Assembly (NCBI GenBank): GCA_965200315.1
Contig: OZ241362.1
Span: 1,632,001 to 1,696,000, forward strand
Reading direction: 5' to 3'
Length of the DNA: 64,000 bases
Source of the DNA: Candidatus Latescibacterota bacterium
GTDB lineage: Bacteria > Latescibacterota > UBA2968 > UBA8231
The position numbers were made by a program, and so were the translations under genes. Below, piece by piece: positions 36,775 to 45,445 of the stretch. Every line of letters starts with the position of its first letter. Position 1 is the first letter of the stretch. The notes beneath the pieces were generated by a model. That model ran no database searches and was not told where the DNA came from. It saw only the letters and a program-made list of their open reading frames with translations.

Positions 36775-39700
36775 CTCGCATTCTCAAGACCCTGTTGCTG
36801 ATCGGCAGCCCACTGTGGGCGCAGCAGGGCTACGACCTGCGCAACGATCAGATCGTCGTCGACCAAGCGCGGCACTGGAAGGCGTGGACCATGCCCGGCC
36901 ACCTCGTCCGCGTCGAGCGGGATGGCGCGGTGCAGGCGCGGGACTTTCGCACGGTCTATGAGCTGCTGGCCGACCGGTCCTTTGGTCGGCCGGTGATCCT
37001 CACCCGCGCCGCGCCGCGCATCGCCAACATGGACAGCACCCTCAAACTGGATTTCCAAGGCAATTCGGTTGCGGACCTAAGCGGCAATCTCGTCTACGAC
37101 TACCTAGTCCGCCCTGGGGTGAGCCGCGCCGGGTCCAATCCCCACCTGATGCAGCATATCGCCGACGGGGATCCGGCCACCTTCTGGGAACCCGACCTCG
37201 ACGCCCCACCCGAAGACTGGTGGGTCGAAGTGGACTTGGGCCGTCCAGTGCCCCTAGAGAGAGTTCGGCTGTCCTTTGCCGAGGAGGCACTGGGGGATCC
37301 CTTTTATCGGTTCATCCTCCTCCTCGGGCCGGCCCAAGGGAACTACGCGGATGAGACGCCCGGCAACATGGAGACCTTCATTCCCTTTGAAGGGGTGAAC
37401 ACAGACCAGCGCACCTTTGTCTTCGACGCGGAACGGGTCAGCGACGACCTGCCCGCAGACGACCGGGTTGCACCCAACAGACGCCTGCCTGTCACGGACA
37501 GCAACAAGCGCTCCAGCGCGTACTACGGAGTGGCCGAGCCGAGTCCAGAGTGGAGCGGCAAGCTGGTCGAAATCATCCGCATCGTGGTCACGGACACCCG
37601 CGGGGGCCGAGCCGAGCCGCTCAGCGAGGAGCAATGGCAGGCCCTGCCGGCGGCTGAGCGCGGCGACATCGTCTACTTCCTCAAGGACGGAGACTTTGAG
37701 GAGCCCGTGGATGAAGACACCTATTTCGCCCTCCCTACAGACCGGCAGGGAAGGCGGGTCCACTATCGCCGCGAGTTGCCGCGCCTCGCCGAGGTAGAGG
37801 CCTGGGGGCGGGGGGACGAAATCGGGATTGAGATGCTGGCCGGCAGCGGCACGGTGGAGCAGACTTCAACCGGCGGCGCTCCTGCTGCCATGTTCGATGG
37901 AAGCTATGGCAGTGCCAATCAGCTCAGTACTTACCTCATCTCCGCTCCCGGGCAGAATACCCTGACCATCGACATCGGCGGCACCGTTTGGCTGAAAGAG
38001 ATTCGCACCATCAGCCAGAACCCGCCGCGGGGCTACCTCTTGCGCGGCTCAAACGGCAATAGGGACGCGCAGGGAAACCTCCAGTGGGAGCAACTCTCCG
38101 CAGTCGAGCGCGAGACCAACCTCGACAACGGCTATTTCCGCCTCATCGCCGATGTACTGGCACCGGCCCGCCGCGTCCGCTTCCTCGATATGATCGCCTT
38201 TGCCCTGCAAGAGGACAGCACTGAACTCACCAGCCGCGTCTGGCCGCGGATTCGGCTGATGTGGATTTTCTCGGCCGGCCCGCCGGCCGAAGCGGTACTG
38301 GAATCAGACCTGATCGAGCTGCCTGGGGTGGTCACCCTCGGCGCGGTGCATTGGAAGGCCACAGCACCCCCCGGATCCGAGGTGCAGATCCGCACCCGCA
38401 CCGGCGACCAGCTCGTGGAGCGCATCCGCTACTTCGACAAGACCGGCAACGAAAAGACCAAGTCCCAGCACAAAAGGCTGTCCTTTACCCAGAAAGGCCC
38501 TATCGACACCTCCAACGTGGCCGGGCCGGGCTGGAGTGCTTGGAGCAGGAAGTACGAGCGTTCCGGCGATCCGGCCACCTCGCCGGGGCTGCGCCGCTTC
38601 CTAAAGATCCAGGTGCGCCTCGTCAATCACGACCGCCAGGCAGTGCCGGCCATTGAACAGATCCGCGTCGATTTGCAGACGCCGGTGGCCCAGCGACTGG
38701 GCGCCGAGGTCTGGCCCGAGCGGGCGACCGCCGGCCGTCTCGACACCTTTGAGGTCTTTGTGCAGCCCAGTTTCCTCGAGCAGCCCTCCAACAGCCACAG
38801 CCCGGGTTTTGACGAGGTCCTCGTCCGGGCCGATCCCCCGATTGATCTTCGCGTGCTAGACCTAGCGGTCGGCACCGAGCGCGAACTGTCTCGGAGCGAG
38901 CCTGCCCAGCTCTTTGAGCGACCCCACGCCCAAGGACTCGGGGATGCCGATGGCCAAGTCCTTCAGGTGCTCAGCGAGGGAGATTCGCTCTGGTTGCGCC
39001 TGCCCGGACCGATACAGAGCGTCCCCGAGGGCTTGCTCCCCCGCCTCTACTACCGCCAGCTCAACCCCGGCGACGAAGTACCCACCGGCCTCTACGGCCG
39101 GCTGCTGACCGCAAACAGCTACAACCGGCTACCCGAAAACGAGCGGGGCACCATTCGCCATTTCCGCCGCGATGGCACCGGGCTGGAGGAAGTAGCCCGC
39201 AACACCTACCAGAGCTTACCCGAAGAAGAGAAAGGCCCGGTGCGCTACTTCCGAGTCGTGACGAGCCTGGGGGAACAGACGGTGTTCACCGCGCTCGGGG
39301 ACTCCCTGAGCGATAGCCAGTACGCCCGGTTGAACGCCGACGAGCGCGGCCGGGTGGTTGGCCCTGGGCGGCTATTGCGCCTGCGCTTGTACTCGGCCGT
39401 ATATCTGCCGAGCACCCAGCTAGAGGTGGCCGTGCGCCACAGCAGTCTGGCGGCACTCTGGCAGGGCGCTGCGGGCCAAGATGTCACCACCCTGCGACCG
39501 GCCCGCTCCTTGGCCATCCAAGCTGGGGAAACAGGCGATGTCGTCACCGACCTCTCCATCGCCCCTAATCCCTTTACGCCCAACGGCGACCGGGTCAACG
39601 AAGAGGCCCAGATCCGTTTCTCCCTGTTCTCAGTGGCGGCCTCGCGCGCGGTCGCAGTGCAGATCTACGCCCTAAGCGGCGATCCCGTCCGCCGCCTAGC

Positions 39701-39860
39701 GCACCAGTTGGTGGGCGGTCCACACGTTGTCGCTTGGGACGGCCGCGACGATAGCGGGGCCTTAGTGGCCCCCGGTCTCTACCTCTGCCAAGTCGGCGTA
39801 GCGGCCGATGCCGAGGCTGGAAGGCGGAAACGCACACGCGTGATCGCCGTAGCGTATTGA
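36771..39860 (+). CDS. Secreted protein with discoidin-like domains and C-terminal FlgD-Ig/type-B-CTD-like domain (paralog 2)
   Basis: ATGA-coupled start MTRILKTLLL; ADGDPATFW...WVEVDLG (F5/8-like); PNPFTPNGD...WDGRDDSGALVAPGLYL...VIAVAY. Confidence 0.82.
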   Translation: MTRILKTLLLIGSPLWAQQGYDLRNDQIVVDQARHWKAWTMPGHLVRVERDGAVQARDFRTVYELLADRSFGRPVILTRAAPRIANMDSTLKLDFQGNSVADLSGNLVYDYLVRPGVSRAGSNPHLMQHIADGDPATFWEPDLDAPPEDWWVEVDLGRPVPLERVRLSFAEEALGDPFYRFILLLGPAQGNYADETPGNMETFIPFEGVNTDQRTFVFDAERVSDDLPADDRVAPNRRLPVTDSNKRSSAYYGVAEPSPEWSGKLVEIIRIVVTDTRGGRAEPLSEEQWQALPAAERGDIVYFLKDGDFEEPVDEDTYFALPTDRQGRRVHYRRELPRLAEVEAWGRGDEIGIEMLAGSGTVEQTSTGGAPAAMFDGSYGSANQLSTYLISAPGQNTLTIDIGGTVWLKEIRTISQNPPRGYLLRGSNGNRDAQGNLQWEQLSAVERETNLDNGYFRLIADVLAPARRVRFLDMIAFALQEDSTELTSRVWPRIRLMWIFSAGPPAEAVLESDLIELPGVVTLGAVHWKATAPPGSEVQIRTRTGDQLVERIRYFDKTGNEKTKSQHKRLSFTQKGPIDTSNVAGPGWSAWSRKYERSGDPATSPGLRRFLKIQVRLVNHDRQAVPAIEQIRVDLQTPVAQRLGAEVWPERATAGRLDTFEVFVQPSFLEQPSNSHSPGFDEVLVRADPPIDLRVLDLAVGTERELSRSEPAQLFERPHAQGLGDADGQVLQVLSEGDSLWLRLPGPIQSVPEGLLPRLYYRQLNPGDEVPTGLYGRLLTANSYNRLPENERGTIRHFRRDGTGLEEVARNTYQSLPEEEKGPVRYFRVVTSLGEQTVFTALGDSLSDSQYARLNADERGRVVGPGRLLRLRLYSAVYLPSTQLEVAVRHSSLAALWQGAAGQDVTTLRPARSLAIQAGETGDVVTDLSIAPNPFTPNGDRVNEEAQIRFSLFSVAASRAVAVQIYALSGDPVRRLAHQLVGGPHVVAWDGRDDSGALVAPGLYLCQVGVAADAEAGRRKRTRVIAVAY

Positions 39861-39866
39861 GGACTG

Positions 39867-42044
39867 GTGAAAACTATGCTCGCCCATAGCGGATTTGCGG
39901 GTGCCCTGCTGCTGGCTCTGGCCAGCACCCTAAGTGCTCGCGCCGAATTTCATATGGGATCCGGACCGAATTCTTGGGAACGCTTTGTCGTCCCGGACGA
40001 GGGCGAGGCCGCCGGGACCTATGTGGTCGTAGATGCGGCCGGCAATGTGCTCCAGGAGCATCCGGTGCACTCCGTCGAGGAGCTGGGGGGCGGGACCTTC
40101 TTGGCCGAGTACAACTATCGCGGACCCGACCTGCCCGCTCTCGAAGCCGGTGCGCTCCAGGCAATCCGGGTCGACCCGCTAGTGAATCTGTCCCGCGACA
40201 GCCTCCTGTTCGCCCGCGGCGGCAGCATTTTTCACGGTCACAACACCTCTGCCCACCCGACCGAGGATCTGCTACGGCTCATCGACGGGGACCCCACCAC
40301 CACCCGCCTGATCCTGATTGAACAAAATCCGCTAGAAGTTGTGCCATTGATCCGCGGCGGCGTATTCTGGGGGGGCCATGCCTCGGCCGTCATCGTCAAC
40401 CTCGGAGCGGAAATGCCCATCAACCGCGTCCGCGTCTATCCGCGCCTAGGCCGCCTAGACGACGCGGCCGCTATCGCTGCGATGGACGCGCCAAAGCCAG
40501 ACCCAGCGCGGTTCGGGGAGACCAGCTTTGCCGACAACTATCTCGAGTGGTACGAAATTGCGGTGACCGATAATGCCGCTCCCATCGAAGAGCGACCCGG
40601 CGGGGGCGGCAGCGACCGGCCGGGGCAGGTGCAGTTCAAGCGTTTCTCCGAAACCACCGGCTACGTGGATTCGTCGGCCACGGACCCCAATTTCAAGGCC
40701 CTGATCCAGACCCGGGAGAACCTAGACCCGGTGATCGATTTGCGATTCCCCGTCCGCCACGAGCGATTCGTTTCGGTGCGGCCCTATATTCCCGAGCGAA
40801 CCTGGGAGATGGCCGAAATCGAGATTTACGGCGAGGGGTATGTGCGCCGCTCGGTCTACCGCTCGCAGATACTGGATTTTGGCCAGCCCATGGCCTGGAG
40901 CAAGATTCGTTGGACCGGAAACCGGCCCCTCGGCACCCAGATAGAGATACGCACTCGCACCGGGAATACCCCGCAGCCTGACCTCTTCCTGCGGCGCACG
41001 TTGAGCGGAAAGTTCCAGCCGATCGACTTCGTCGCGTACCAGCAGAATCTCACGTCGGACGAAGTCAAACGTACTACAGACCTAGATAACTGGAGCTTCT
41101 GGTCCGCCACCTACGATTTCGCGGCCGGCGAACGCGTCGCCGGCTCACCTGCTGCTACTTGGACGGACGGCACCCCGTTGCTCTCTCCCGGCCCGAGCCG
41201 GTACATTCAGTTCGAGATCGTCCTGCTGGCGACCCGTGAGCAGACGCCGCGCCTAGACGAATTGTCACTGCTGTTTTCCGAGACCCTCGCCGCAACCGAA
41301 CTCATCGGCGAAATCTGGCCCATCGAGGTAGATAGTTTTGAGCCTCATCTCTTCACTTATGTGGTCAAGCCCATCCTCCGCGAGGGCAATCGCGGCTTCG
41401 ACCGCCTAGAGATATTCACCGGCGGACCGGCCGCCGAGGTCCGAGCGGTGCGCGTGGGCGGAGAAGAAATCGCCGAGCGGTTCCCGCCCGAAATTCAGCC
41501 GGATCGCATCGTCGTCTCCTTCAGCCGGCTGGCAGATCCCCAGCAGGACAGCGAGAAGCGGATCGAAGTGGAGTTCAGTGCCCGGGTGCTGCGTTTCGGC
41601 ACCGAATTCAGCGGTTGGGTCTACGACAGCCGGGAGCCGGACCTGAAGCAGAGCATCAGCCCCGGAAACGCCACAATCCGTTTTGTCGGGGACGACCTCT
41701 CCGTCCGCACCCCCACCGGCGGCGACCTAGTGCAACGGCTCGAGCTCCGCCCCGGCGTCTTCACGCCCAACGGGGACGGGCTCAACGACGAGGTTTTCGT
41801 CTCCTTCGACCTGCGCGATTTGACTGCGGCGCGCCCGGTTGAGGTGCAGATATGGACGCTGGGCGGGCACCGGGTGCGGCAACTGCCCCCGGCCGCAATG
41901 GCCAGCGGCAACTTTACCCACCGCTGGAACGGCCGCGACGACGCCGGCCGCTTGGCACAGCCCGGGATCTATGTAGTGCAGGTCGAGTTGGACAGCGACG
42001 ACGGGCGAAAAACGGCCATCGGCGTCGTCTCCGTCGCCTATTAA
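39867..42044 (+). CDS. Secreted protein with C-terminal FlgD-Ig/type-B-CTD-like domain (paralog 3)
   Basis: GAGGA RBS, signal peptide, LIDGDPTT, VFTPNGDGLND...WNGRDDAGRLAQPGIYVV...VVSVAY. Confidence 0.82.
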   Translation: MKTMLAHSGFAGALLLALASTLSARAEFHMGSGPNSWERFVVPDEGEAAGTYVVVDAAGNVLQEHPVHSVEELGGGTFLAEYNYRGPDLPALEAGALQAIRVDPLVNLSRDSLLFARGGSIFHGHNTSAHPTEDLLRLIDGDPTTTRLILIEQNPLEVVPLIRGGVFWGGHASAVIVNLGAEMPINRVRVYPRLGRLDDAAAIAAMDAPKPDPARFGETSFADNYLEWYEIAVTDNAAPIEERPGGGGSDRPGQVQFKRFSETTGYVDSSATDPNFKALIQTRENLDPVIDLRFPVRHERFVSVRPYIPERTWEMAEIEIYGEGYVRRSVYRSQILDFGQPMAWSKIRWTGNRPLGTQIEIRTRTGNTPQPDLFLRRTLSGKFQPIDFVAYQQNLTSDEVKRTTDLDNWSFWSATYDFAAGERVAGSPAATWTDGTPLLSPGPSRYIQFEIVLLATREQTPRLDELSLLFSETLAATELIGEIWPIEVDSFEPHLFTYVVKPILREGNRGFDRLEIFTGGPAAEVRAVRVGGEEIAERFPPEIQPDRIVVSFSRLADPQQDSEKRIEVEFSARVLRFGTEFSGWVYDSREPDLKQSISPGNATIRFVGDDLSVRTPTGGDLVQRLELRPGVFTPNGDGLNDEVFVSFDLRDLTAARPVEVQIWTLGGHRVRQLPPAAMASGNFTHRWNGRDDAGRLAQPGIYVVQVELDSDDGRKTAIGVVSVAY

Positions 42045-42061
42045 GCGCAGCAAAATTTTAG

Positions 42062-42090
42062 TTGTATTGCACAAATTTAGTTCGTATCTT
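42062..42090 (+). promoter_or_regulatory. Putative sigma70 promoter
   Basis: TTGTAT-N17-TATCTT in an AT-rich gap, overlapped by an imperfect direct repeat AAATTT(T)AGTT(C)GTAT. Confidence 0.45.
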
Positions 42091-42166
42091 GTCAGCCTAG
42101 CTCAGGCACTAGGCAGATACTCATCTGCACTTTTCCACTAACCCGCACACGTAAGGAGAGGTAATC

Positions 42167-43084
42167 ATGCGCAAGATACAGATGATTGCCATTGGCGTAA
42201 TGGCAGTTTCGACGGCCGTTTGGGCCCACGACCCGCCGGGTGAGGTCCGCAACGCGGTCCAGTTCCCGCCCGGCCTCGAGCCCACGATCGATGGCGACTG
42301 TTCCGACTGGGCCGCTGTCCCGGGCGACCAGTACTGGATGTTCACCGAAGACCTCTATCCGCTGGGCGAATTCCATCCCACCGATGGACTCGGCCGCGGC
42401 GAGAACGATGCTAGTTCTTTCCAAACCACGTACCGGGTCGGCTGGAGTGCCAACACGGGCCAGCTTTACTACTGCAACTCCGTGTTTGACGACGTCCACA
42501 ACATCGACCGCCCCGATTCCTACGACTGGTACCTCGACGACTCGAACGAGTACTTCTTCACGACCCGGCACCTGTCCGAGCAGGAAGTAAGAGATCTGCT
42601 CGAAACGAATGTCGCCGCCTATTGGGGCTTCAACTATGCCCTGCCTAAGTTGCCCGACGGTGGCTTCTGGATGGTGATCGGCATGTGCATCGGCTGCGAA
42701 TGGCTGGACAACGGCGACAATGAGTGGTACACCCTAGTACACGGGTTCGAGGGCGAGGAGTTTGGTGAGAGCACCTATCACTACGAGCACCGGATCCAAC
42801 CGATCGACTCTTGGACTACCGGCTTGGGCGAAGACTTCGGGCCTAGTGACATTACCCCTGCAACGCTCAGCGAGGGGCAGACCATCCATATCACCTTTGG
42901 GACCAACGACGACGACGGCGTCGGGCGCGGTGGCCATTGGAGCAGCGGTAGCGGCCTTGTCGGAGGCACTTGGCTGGGCCAAGGCGACTACTTCCTAGAG
43001 CCGATCAACCCTTCCATTAACTGGCCCGATGTGGACACCTCGGTCGAGGCGGAGAGTTGGGGCCGGATCAAGGCTCAGTTCTAA
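42167..43084 (+). CDS. Secreted acidic protein, CBM9/DOMON-like, with C-terminal SWGxIK motif
   Basis: Strong AAGGAG RBS, signal peptide, PTIDGDCSDW, VGWS....LY....VFDD, NDDDG, tail TSVEAESWGRIKAQF. Confidence 0.75.
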   Translation: MRKIQMIAIGVMAVSTAVWAHDPPGEVRNAVQFPPGLEPTIDGDCSDWAAVPGDQYWMFTEDLYPLGEFHPTDGLGRGENDASSFQTTYRVGWSANTGQLYYCNSVFDDVHNIDRPDSYDWYLDDSNEYFFTTRHLSEQEVRDLLETNVAAYWGFNYALPKLPDGGFWMVIGMCIGCEWLDNGDNEWYTLVHGFEGEEFGESTYHYEHRIQPIDSWTTGLGEDFGPSDITPATLSEGQTIHITFGTNDDDGVGRGGHWSSGSGLVGGTWLGQGDYFLEPINPSINWPDVDTSVEAESWGRIKAQF

Positions 43085-43116
43085 GCCCCAGCTTAGCAGA
43101 GTCTCTTGCAAAACGC

Positions 43117-43158
43117 ACGCTGGACAGGTTCGTTAGCCTGTCCAGCGTTTTTTATTTT
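43117..43158 (+). terminator. Rho-independent terminator
   Basis: ACGCTGGACAGG-loop-CCTGTCCAGCGT followed by a T-tract. Confidence 0.85.
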
Positions 43159-43159
43159 A

Positions 43160-43337
43160 CTGCTGTTACGCAGCTATCGTCATGCCTGCGAAGGCAGGCA
43201 TCCAGAATGCCCGTTCGAGGCTCGTGCGCTGGACTGGATTCCCGCCCCGTGTCGGGGCACGGGGTGACGTTCTTGCGCGGGAAGGACGACGAGTGGGCTG
43301 CAAGCGGTAGATGCGGCATAAGGCTGCGTAACAGCAG
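43160..43337. mobile_element. MITE-like element, 178 bp, carrying REP-like palindromes
   Basis: Perfect 15-bp TIR CTGCTGTTACGCAGC / GCTGCGTAACAGCAG; TTATTTTA direct repeat at 43152-43159 and 43338-43345; internal GTCATGCCTGCGAAGGCAGGCATCCA...TGGATTCCCGC. Confidence 0.85.
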
Positions 43338-43345
43338 TTATTTTA

Positions 43346-43548
43346 CTGACGTTCCGCCTGAGCTTCTAGGTGTGGGATGCTTCGCTTCGCTCAGCATGAC
43401 AAACGTCGGCTCTTTCCCGTGCCCTGTCGAAGCCTCCCACACCCCATCTGCGTCCATCTGCGTCCATCTGCGGATCACCTTGTAAATGACTGAGCACCAC
43501 AACGCCGAGCCGAAGCCTCCCACACCCCATACCTGTGCGTAACGTCAG
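43346..43548. mobile_element. Second tandem MITE-like element, 203 bp
   Basis: Ends CTGACGTTCCGC / GCGTAACGTCAG (11/12); flanks TTATTTTA and TTATTCTA; contains GCTTCGCTTCGCTCAGCATGAC, CCATCTGCG x3 and GAAGCCTCCCACACCCCAT x2. Confidence 0.75.
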
Positions 43549-43555
43549 TTATTCT

Positions 43556-45445
43556 ATGGAACGCCGGCACCAAATCGGCTTGGCCCTGCTGACCCTGGCG
43601 GCCCTCACCCTGCGGTTGCTCTACGTACTTCAGGCCGACGACAACCCGCTCTTTGCCCATCCCATCGTCGACGCCCGAACCTACGTACGCACGGCCCTGC
43701 ACCTGTCCGCAGGCCAATGGCTGGGGCCCCCGCAGCCGTTTTGGCAGCCGCCGCTGTATCCTTACTTTCTCGGCGGTTTTTTCGCCCTGTTCGGCGAAAA
43801 TTACCACCTGCCCCGGCTCGTGCAGGCGGTCTCCGGGGCTGCGGTCTGCCTACTCGTTTTCGCCTTGGGCCGCCGGGCGTTCTCCGCTCCCGTAGTGGGC
43901 TGGCTCGCCGCGGGCGCGGCCGCGCTGTACGGCCCTTTCCTCTACTTCGAGGGAGAGCTGTTACCCGCCAGCTTGGCGGTGTTCCTCAACGCCCTAGCGC
44001 TGCTTGCCTTGCTGTGGGCCGCGGCCGGCGGTATCGGTCGCTGGCTGATCGCGGGCGTACTCCTCGGCGTGGCTGCGCTGACCGTCGCCAGCGTGCTCCT
44101 CTTCGTTCCCGTTGCCCTCCTGTGGGCGCGATACCAAGCGCGGGCCCCGGCCTCTGCGCTGGGCGCACTGATTCTCGGCCTTACCCTGGTCATCGCGCCG
44201 GTCACTTTGCGCAACCGCGTCGTCGGGGGCGAGTGGGTGCTGATCTCCTACAACGCCGGCATCAATTTCCACCTAGGCAACAATCCCGATTACGACCACA
44301 CCACGACCATCCGCCCCGGGCGTAGCTGGCGGGACCTGACCGACCTGCCTGAGCGGGAGGCCGGCATCACCGCCAAAGGGGCCTCCTCGGGATACTTTTT
44401 CGGCCGCTCTTATGAGTATGCCGCTGCTGATCCGGCAGGCTATGTCCTCCTGCAACTGCGCAAGTTCTATCTCTTCTGGCGCGGCGACGAGATCCCGCGC
44501 AACCTGAACCTCTATTACGCCCGCCACCAGTCCCCGCTGCTACAGGTGCTGTTGTGGATCCGCGGCCTTGCTTTTCCCTTCGGCCTCGTGGGGCCGCTGG
44601 CCCTGACCGGGCTGGTTCTCTACCTGCGGAATTCCCAAGCCCGCTCGCCAGCCGCAGACCTGCTGCTGCTGTTTGCGGCCGCCTACGCGCTAGCGGTAGT
44701 CCTGTTTTTCGTCACCGGACGCTATCGTCTCCCGGCCATTCCCCCCCTGCTCCTATTCGCCGGTTACGCACTGACGCGGTTGCGCTTGTTGCGGGGGCGG
44801 CAACTGGCCGGGAGTCTGGCCTTGCTCGCCGCGCTGGGGGTGGGCCTCAACGCCGGCACCCCGGCCATGGATATGGAGGGCGACAGCCAAGAGCACGTCT
44901 ATTTAGCATCGGCCTATGCCGCCGAGGGCTTGTTGGCCAATGCGCTCCGGCACTACGAGCAGGCACTGGAGCTGGAGCCAGCGCACGAGATCGCCCTCGA
45001 CGACGCCGGGGCCGTGCTGGCGCGACGCGGGAATTTCCGCCGGGCGGCGGCACACTGGGAGCGCCTGCTGCACCACTATCCCGACCGCACCGACGTCCGC
45101 TTTCGGCTGGCCGCGATGAGCCTCGACACCGGCGACTATGCGCGGGCAGAACGGCACTTTGAGCAGCTAACGACCGAAAAACCCGAGCGCACCGTGTTCC
45201 ACGCCCGCCTGGCCCAATCCCGCCGCTATCTGGGCGATCTCGACGGAGCGGCCACGGCCTACCGCCGCGCCCTCAAACTGGATCCACTGGCACTTCCACT
45301 GCATCGGCAACTGGCCCGGTTGGAGCTTGAGCGGGGCAACCAAGCCGCCGCCCTGCCACACGTGCGGGCACTGGAGCAACAGGCTGGTGAGGCCATCCAC
45401 CGCGAGGTGGAAGCATTGTACCGGCGCATGGGCAGGCACCCGTGA
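43556..45445 (+). CDS. GT-C (PMT/GT39/GT83-like) membrane glycosyltransferase fused to TPRs
   Basis: PIVDARTY, PFWQPPLYPYFLG, RN...ISYNAGINFHLGNNP, FFVTGRYRLP and C-terminal TPRs; alternative GTG start at 43535. Confidence 0.8.
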   Translation: MERRHQIGLALLTLAALTLRLLYVLQADDNPLFAHPIVDARTYVRTALHLSAGQWLGPPQPFWQPPLYPYFLGGFFALFGENYHLPRLVQAVSGAAVCLLVFALGRRAFSAPVVGWLAAGAAALYGPFLYFEGELLPASLAVFLNALALLALLWAAAGGIGRWLIAGVLLGVAALTVASVLLFVPVALLWARYQARAPASALGALILGLTLVIAPVTLRNRVVGGEWVLISYNAGINFHLGNNPDYDHTTTIRPGRSWRDLTDLPEREAGITAKGASSGYFFGRSYEYAAADPAGYVLLQLRKFYLFWRGDEIPRNLNLYYARHQSPLLQVLLWIRGLAFPFGLVGPLALTGLVLYLRNSQARSPAADLLLLFAAAYALAVVLFFVTGRYRLPAIPPLLLFAGYALTRLRLLRGRQLAGSLALLAALGVGLNAGTPAMDMEGDSQEHVYLASAYAAEGLLANALRHYEQALELEPAHEIALDDAGAVLARRGNFRRAAAHWERLLHHYPDRTDVRFRLAAMSLDTGDYARAERHFEQLTTEKPERTVFHARLAQSRRYLGDLDGAATAYRRALKLDPLALPLHRQLARLELERGNQAAALPHVRALEQQAGEAIHREVEALYRRMGRHP

